The notes beneath the pieces are model-generated. The model worked only from the letters and a program-made list of their open reading frames with translations. It was not told the DNA's origin and made no database searches. Position numbers and translations under genes: made by a program. A stretch of DNA of 64,000 bases from Lingula anatina (Eukaryota > Animalia > Brachiopoda). Below, in pieces: positions 57,552 to 64,000 of this stretch. The stretch is taken from the NCBI GenBank assembly GCA_051362555.1, contig CM120646.1:2604001-2668000 (forward strand). The letters run 5' to 3'. The stretch's first letter is position 1. Each line of letters starts with the position of its first letter.

Positions 57552-58463
57552 ATGATGAGAAAGCGAGGAGATACGTTGGCCAGAAAAGTGTGGACGGATC
57601 TTTTCTTTCTGTCTGTATTGTACTCACTAGGTCACACACCAGTGAACGGGATGTTGGCTATTCTGAGTGGTCTTCTAGCTAAAAATGGCCTTGGTTTTAC
57701 AACTCTTGCTGTTCAATATGCGGGATACATTATATCGGGATTTTCGGGACCGTTTGTAATTGAAAAACTGACGCCAAAGGGATACGTCTTTTGTGGCTTT
57801 TTAAGTATTTTATTATTGCAAGTATCGCTGTTTTACCCCATTCCTTACACTGTAATTCCAGCAGCGGCGCTCGTAGGGTTGATACTTGGGACTCATTTAC
57901 CCGTAGCGTGCATGTACTGCACAGTTCTAGCTGAACAACATGCCACCAGAATCATGACCCGTGGTGATATTTCCATAAGCAAATTCAATGGGATTTTTTT
58001 CTCCTTCTATAAGTTGTCTTTTGTTTGGGGTAACTTGTTGTCTTGGCTGATTTTAAAGCAGGGCAGTGTTGTGACAAATGTGACAAGTGTGAATATGAAT
58101 ATGAATATTTCGGACAACAACACGCGCTGTCTGAATGTTTCGATCCAATGTGACACACGTGCTTGCCCAACTGATACTGATTCATGCGAAGAAGTTGGCT
58201 TTTCCTTACCGTCTAAATCAGCCACGTACACACTGGTCGGCGTTTACGCTGGCTGTGCCTTGTTTTGCATGATCGCAACTGTCGTATTCCTCAAACCATT
58301 GTCCGCGATTGGTGGGTGCTCAGTTCCAGCCGGGAAGAACACAAGTGTGACACTGATGTTGGCTACAGTGAGCATGTGGAAGAATGTGAACGTTTTGCTG
58401 TTATTTCCTATTTTTACATACAGTGGATTGATGCAAGGATTCCTCGTTGGGGATTTTAATAAG
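57552..58463 (+). CDS. UNC-93-like variable exon V9 (divergent)
   Basis: Motifs EKLTPK, FYP, FNGIFF, WGNLLSWLIL, CDTRACP; ends GDFNK|gtatgc in phase 0. Confidence 0.88.
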
Positions 58464-59797
58464 GTATGCTTTGTGACTCATACGAAAGTTGTATGTAGGT
58501 GTATTTTTCATCCAAAAATAAAATTCTGTTTTGAGTTGTTTTTAGGCAGGCAATGCCCAATGGCAATGTGACAAAATCGACACCTGTGAAGGACAAACGA
58601 GCAGCAAGCAAAAACCGCAGCAAGCAACGGTTTGTTCTCTGATAGGTCAAGATTACTAATGCCTGATAATATTTTGTGCATGACGCAACACGAGTCTCAA
58701 GCCAACACTTGTGTATGTCTTTTAAGCATCATGTATTTTATATTATCATTATAGTGTTCCCTATTACATTTAACAAAGTGGCCGCACTGCACATAGAATC
58801 TCGTTTTCAAACATTTCGAAATATTTCGGGATGTATGCAGAATATCCCTGGGTATATATGGCCATTTGGAGGTCAGAAGAACTATTGATGACATGGCTAC
58901 TATGGCCGCATTCAAAACCAAAGATAATCCGCAGACTAACAGATCCGCTGATCAAATATGGCCGATCCACTTGAAAGTTTGTGGCGGGGAATCTATTCAG
59001 TGCCTGTTAGAATTTTATGCGAAAAGCTCTCAACTGGGTTAGTCATATTTGATAAGCGGATCTTAGTCCGCAAATCAAAAGGTTGTGAATGCCGCCTATC
59101 TTGAGTTTGTTACTGATTTAGTTTCGAACAGGTAGGGAGGCATGTAGCACCGAAAGCCTATTGAAAGTTACTCGACCAGTCATGCATATCTATAACCGTA
59201 TACTGTAGTAAACTATTGGATAGCCAGGTCACCTAAAGACTAATTTTCACAAAGACCAATTTTCCCATATTGCATTTCACACAGCTAAAATATGAGTGCA
59301 CCTATGCCTTAGTCCAAGAGAGCAGATAGTTCAACTCGATTGAACTTGAACCGGTATGATATACTGATGAGTGGACGGTATTTGATATGATTGTGCAGAT
59401 GTTCATTTAGCTATGCCAATGTGTTAATTATAGGGTACAGTTTATGATAACTGACAAGCAGTGTCTGTCGCAAACTGGGGTTATATTTGTATTCATACTG
59501 GCAAGATAAACTGTTTTATATCATATGTATATGACCTCCTTCGTGGGCCAAGGCGAAGACAAGGCCGTGTTTATCTCTTCGTGGTTTGCATCCGAACCAA
59601 CACACTGATAGGAAAACATAGGCAGATCAAGTGGGTGTACTTTATCCAGAATCCTCAAATCTACACGCTCGTGTAAGATTAACAGAATGATGTCTTCCCA
59701 GCTTGTTAGTACAATGAAACTTTGCAGCTAAGACGGTCCAGTTTTCCCACCTGACCATGTAAAACGAAGCCTATGAGGAAACCAGAGGAGTAGAAAC

Positions 59798-60718
59798 ATG
59801 GATACCGGAGAGACAGATGAGTCGGATGTGCCCCTTACTCGCAGGAAGTTGCTGGGTGTTCGCATAATTGCTGAAGTGTTTTTGCTTGCATTTGTCTACA
59901 CTCTGGGATATACGTCGTTCAACGGACTGCAGGCCCTGCAAAGTACTTTGAACGGAGGTCTAGGGTTCACGCTGCTCGGCATAGTATATGCGTTCTCCAT
60001 TATTTCAGGGTTCATTGCCCCTGCCATTGTTGAGAAGCTGACACCAAAAGGGGCAATACTGGCTGGCCTCCTCGTGCATGGAACCTGGCAAGGGGTGCAC
60101 TTTTACCCAGTCGAATTTACGCTGATTCCGGCCGCCATTTTCCTTGGCCTTGGATTTGGGCCGCTGTGGACAGCGCAGGGCATGTACGTGACGTCATCAG
60201 GACTAGAGTATGCTGATAAAACGGGCCGAGAAGTTGATGGGAGTATAAGTCTGTTGAATGGAATTTTTTGGGCTTGTTACAAAACGACAGTGATTTGGGG
60301 CAATATTGTCTCCTGGCGTGTACTACAAAATGCTCAACACATACTGGGTAATAACACCACTCTTTCAAACAGCAGTGGGTTTCTCTCAGTGTGTGGGATT
60401 CATAACTGTCCGTATAGCAATGATGGAAGTGATACTCAAGTCTCTGACTATTCAACAATTCAACCCTCAAAACAGCAAATGTACATACTGTTAGGCATAT
60501 ACTCTGGTCTGGTGCTTCTTGGATTCGTCGTAGCTGCCGTATTTTTAAAGCCGTTAAGTCAGCAGAAAACGCACACAAGTGAAAACAAACTGGATGGGGT
60601 CAAAGACGCCCTGTTGATGACAGTTAGGACGCTGAGAAACCCAAAACTTTTGCTCTTATTACCTCTCTTCGTGCTGAATGGTTTAATTCAGTCATTCACA
60701 TATGGTGATTACACGAAG
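59798..60718 (+). CDS. UNC-93-like variable exon V10
   Basis: Motifs FNGLQALQSTLN, PLWTAQGMYVT, WGNIVSW, CGIHNCP; ends GDYTK|gtaagc in phase 0. Confidence 0.9.
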
Positions 60719-62092
60719 GTAAGCTTATCTGATCAACATCTAAAATGGTTTGATAGGGGTATATTTCTCGATGTCAGATAAGTCGGGTCTGTGACATTGG
60801 TTTTGGTATTATGCAATTTTCAATGAATATTATATATTTATTTCACCATGGATTTATCCCGAAAATTTCTCATAACATAAATGAACAAAAACATAAATTC
60901 TTATTGTGTCACTTATCATTGTTGTATAAGAAATTCCTATCCCAACTTTATCCATGGCTATGCACATAGCCTTGATTTCAAATAGCTGCACACTTTAAAT
61001 TCAAGAGGTAAGATACTCGTCCCATATCTCAATGGTTTCTCGATAAGAACATTCAGTGTAATGCACCAGTAGTCGGCTAGGTGCTTTATTTTTCACACAT
61101 ATCCGTCACTGAAAGTTTGACATGACATACATAAATACACGTTACTTCGTATTTGTAAAACTGTATCCGAACATTTTGTTCAGTGAACAAGTTAGGTTAA
61201 AGTTTTGTCACGTAGTGAGTTATTGAGTCCTTCGTATCATGAAAGAATCTATGTGGACAGTATAACGCGGTATGCTGTTAGCTGGTATGTGTATGGTGTC
61301 ATCTGAGTCAATTATGAGTCTGCTGTAAGTTTATACATACGTTGATAAGTTAGTCAACATACAACAATGTTTGCACTCACAAGAGGCCATCCACAATATT
61401 TGCAGTACGGAGGTCCAAATCTGATAAGGACTTATATTTCGTCGTACTGGGTGATTATAAGTTATTGGTATACAAGTGGGACTAGCTGGTCTGAACAACT
61501 CAATTTGTACAATATCCTTGGTTTGTGGTTATTTTGACAAAAATCGATATGTGATAGCACTGGTTGTGTTAAATTTAATCATTTATTATATGTGTAGATG
61601 GCACTGCACATTAGGGGCTATGTACCATGGATAGGCCCCTATATGATGATTATAACAGCATAACCTTAGATACTATATCCGTGGCTCAAATAGCGCTTAC
61701 TCACCTAAAAATGTCATAAACAGGGAACTGGTGTGCCTGTTACATGTAGTAGTAATACTACTGTCACTATCAGTATATCACTAGTAGGACTCGTCTTGTT
61801 GATAGTGTCGATAGATGGCGTTCCTCACACACAAGTGTCAATATTATTATTATCTGTTCCTGCCCTATAAACAAACTTTTCACTGATGACCAACATTTCT
61901 GTTTGTGGTCGCACAACTTCTGATAAAAGTTCACACGCCACCGAGCACATAGCTATGTGCAGCTTATTAATAGCTAAAGACAACAGAAACGCAAGTTTCT
62001 TAGTCCATGTTTAGATGATGAAAGGTTGACCAGATGGTTGTCCGGAAGGGGTTAGAGGTGTCCCACTCCTGTATCAGTTTATTTAAATTAAC

Positions 62093-62123
<31 letters not shown>

Positions 62124-63504
62124 TATTGATGAATTTATTTGGATTCAACAATACAAATATGTTCAGAGGACTTTACAATGCAACGAAAAAAATAATTTTA
62201 AGGCAAGTAAAAGAAATGAAAAATCAATTACCCGAGGAAAATTCAATTAAAATAAATTATGTAGAAATTAAAAACGTTGCTTAATCACACTCTTTAAAAG
62301 TCGTTTATAATAACTGTATTCATAATTTTTTTTTAAATTAAACTTGAAGAAATTTCATTCGTTGTAAGTCTACCTCAACTTGCTTTGGCCATGATGCCAT
62401 GTGTGTTATGGACGCATGAGACGGCACATACGCCCAACGCGACAAATGGTGTCTGTATCTGAACAATTTTGAAATTCCACGCAGTGCACACATTACGGAT
62501 TAACGTTACGTCGACATCCCTCATTATTGACCCGATATTATCCGTTACTAACCATGAAAAGGATTCTGCGCTACGTTTCTGGTAGCCGCTTTCAATTATA
62601 CACATCTTTAATTATACTTTTACGTATTGCGCCGGGATCTCCTTCTATCTTTGGTTGATCTTGACGCAATAACGTGCCGATCAAAGGTTTATAGAGAAGA
62701 TGAAACTTGCTGTGATGCTACATCGGAATATTTTGTCCATTTCAAATGTAAAGAACACAGGGAACGTTTATTGTCATTTTCCATAGTGCTACGTCTCAAA
62801 GTATTAAAACCATCTTGATTTAAGCAAATGGTCTATTTAGGGTCCAGTAAGTGTGGACTAAGTGTGGTCTGTCTGTCTGTCTGTTTGAATGAAGTGATTG
62901 TATTTTTAATAGGAGTTCGGGAGGGGAGTTCGACAGTGTTTCCTTTGTACTACACGCGTATGTTCTGACATTGTGTTTTTAATCTGTGAATTACAGATTG
63001 CATCGGTGGTTCATTGCACACAACCTAGAACCCAATGGGTCTTTCTTCTTGTGTAGATTCGTTTCGATAACCCAATTATTTCCGTAATTGTACACGCACC
63101 TAATGCGTGATTATCACGCCCTACCTCATGGTTGGCTAATATAGTGATGTTGTTATTAAGATTTTTGTCTTTTAAATAGACAGATATCCCTGATGGTTCC
63201 ATATAAGTGACAATTAAGATGACCTTCTTGGGACATTTATGCAACCAGTGTCACAATGACCCTAATGTTAACAGATATTGTAAAACATGACCTTTGTACA
63301 AGTATTTGCCGTTCGTAGTGACACAGTTCCGATTCGGTGGTTAATAACCTAATCTCAATACATAATACATAATCTCTGAGCATTTGGGTTTGTGGTCCTC
63401 TTCAGTGTAAGTTGTCTGTAAAGACGTGATCGCAGTCATGTAGAAAACGATTTTTTAAATAGTTTTCTAAAGTGTTTCTCTCTGTTCGAGGTGGACAACA
63501 GAAA

Positions 63505-64000
63505 ATGGCGACTGCCAGGAGCTCTTACCTGAAGCTTTTTGCGCTGGCATCGATGTATTTGATAGTTTATATTGCCCACAATGGCATACAAAATTTACAG
63601 AGCACATTGAATGCCAGAGGCGGCCTTGGAGTTGTCGCCCTCTGCTTAGTCTACACTGGGATTATCGTATCTTCCTTCTTCGCTCCCGCGGTGGTGGCGA
63701 AACTGGGGCCAAAGTTTGTGGTTGTCTTGGGCTTTGTGTCCCACGCACTTTGGCAAGCATCGAATTTTTACGTTGCACCGTATACACTGCTACCGGGCGC
63801 CTTACTGCTTGGACTTATGTGGGGACCTTTATGGACCGCCCAGGGGATCTTTCTTACCATCTACGCACTCGACTACTCCAAGGCTACCAATCAAAAGATT
63901 CCTATAAGCATAAGCCGCTTCACTGGGATATTTTGGCTGATTTTTAAGACGTCTCATATTTGGGGCAATGCGCTATCCTGGTTGGTTTTTAAGCAGACTG
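63505..64000 (+). CDS. UNC-93-like variable exon V11 (runs off right edge; absent from ORF track)
   Basis: Manual translation is open to the window end: MATARSSYLKLFALASMYLIVYIAHNGIQNLQSTLNARGGLG...SNFY...PLWTAQGIFLT...WGNALSWLVFKQT. Confidence 0.9.
   Translation, partial: MATARSSYLKLFALASMYLIVYIAHNGIQNLQSTLNARGGLGVVALCLVYTGIIVSSFFAPAVVAKLGPKFVVVLGFVSHALWQASNFYVAPYTLLPGALLLGLMWGPLWTAQGIFLTIYALDYSKATNQKIPISISRFTGIFWLIFKTSHIWGNALSWLVFKQT

Noticed and set aside
30114-60718. Array of truncated pseudogenes
   Set aside because: There are no frameshifts or premature stops in any unit despite deep divergence, and every complete unit keeps the donor.
30108-60781. Ten complete single-exon UNC-93 genes as given by the ORF track
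   Set aside because: Homology stops at a shared GT donor, the tails to the stop codon are not conserved, and the products would lack the C-terminal helices.
62375-63244. Possible degenerate extra exon or constant exon in the V10-V11 spacer
   Set aside because: No UNC-93 motifs are recognisable in any listed ORF there.
30114-64000. Consecutive exons of one giant repeat protein
   Set aside because: Each unit has its own ATG and distinct N-tail, and the ORF track shows the frames are not open far upstream. This is disfavoured but needs cDNA to exclude fully.

Overview
AT-rich, intron-containing animal genomic DNA, with abundant microsatellites, MITEs, a SINE and a LINE. It looks like an invertebrate and plausibly a lophotrochozoan, but the taxon cannot be proven from the sequence. 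The left 26 kb holds four ordinary spliced genes: BAG1 (minus, 5' part only), RADX (plus, 15 coding exons, with a young 5'-truncated L1/Tx1-type LINE in intron 5), VPS26C/DSCR3 (minus) and a SAXO/FAM154-like gene (plus). The right 34 kb holds the unusual feature: a tandem array of at least 11 same-strand, ~0.9-1.1 kb intronless exons. Each has its own ATG and encodes only the N-terminal ~300-360 aa (about TM1-TM7) of an UNC-93-like MFS membrane protein. All 10 complete units end at the same codon in a phase-0 GT donor (...[FVY]-[TSN]-[KQ]|gt), and I found no C-terminal UNC-93 exon between them. This points to a protocadherin/UGT1A-style locus of variable first exons spliced to shared constant exons beyond the right edge of the window. 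The constant exons are not in the window, so this is inference.
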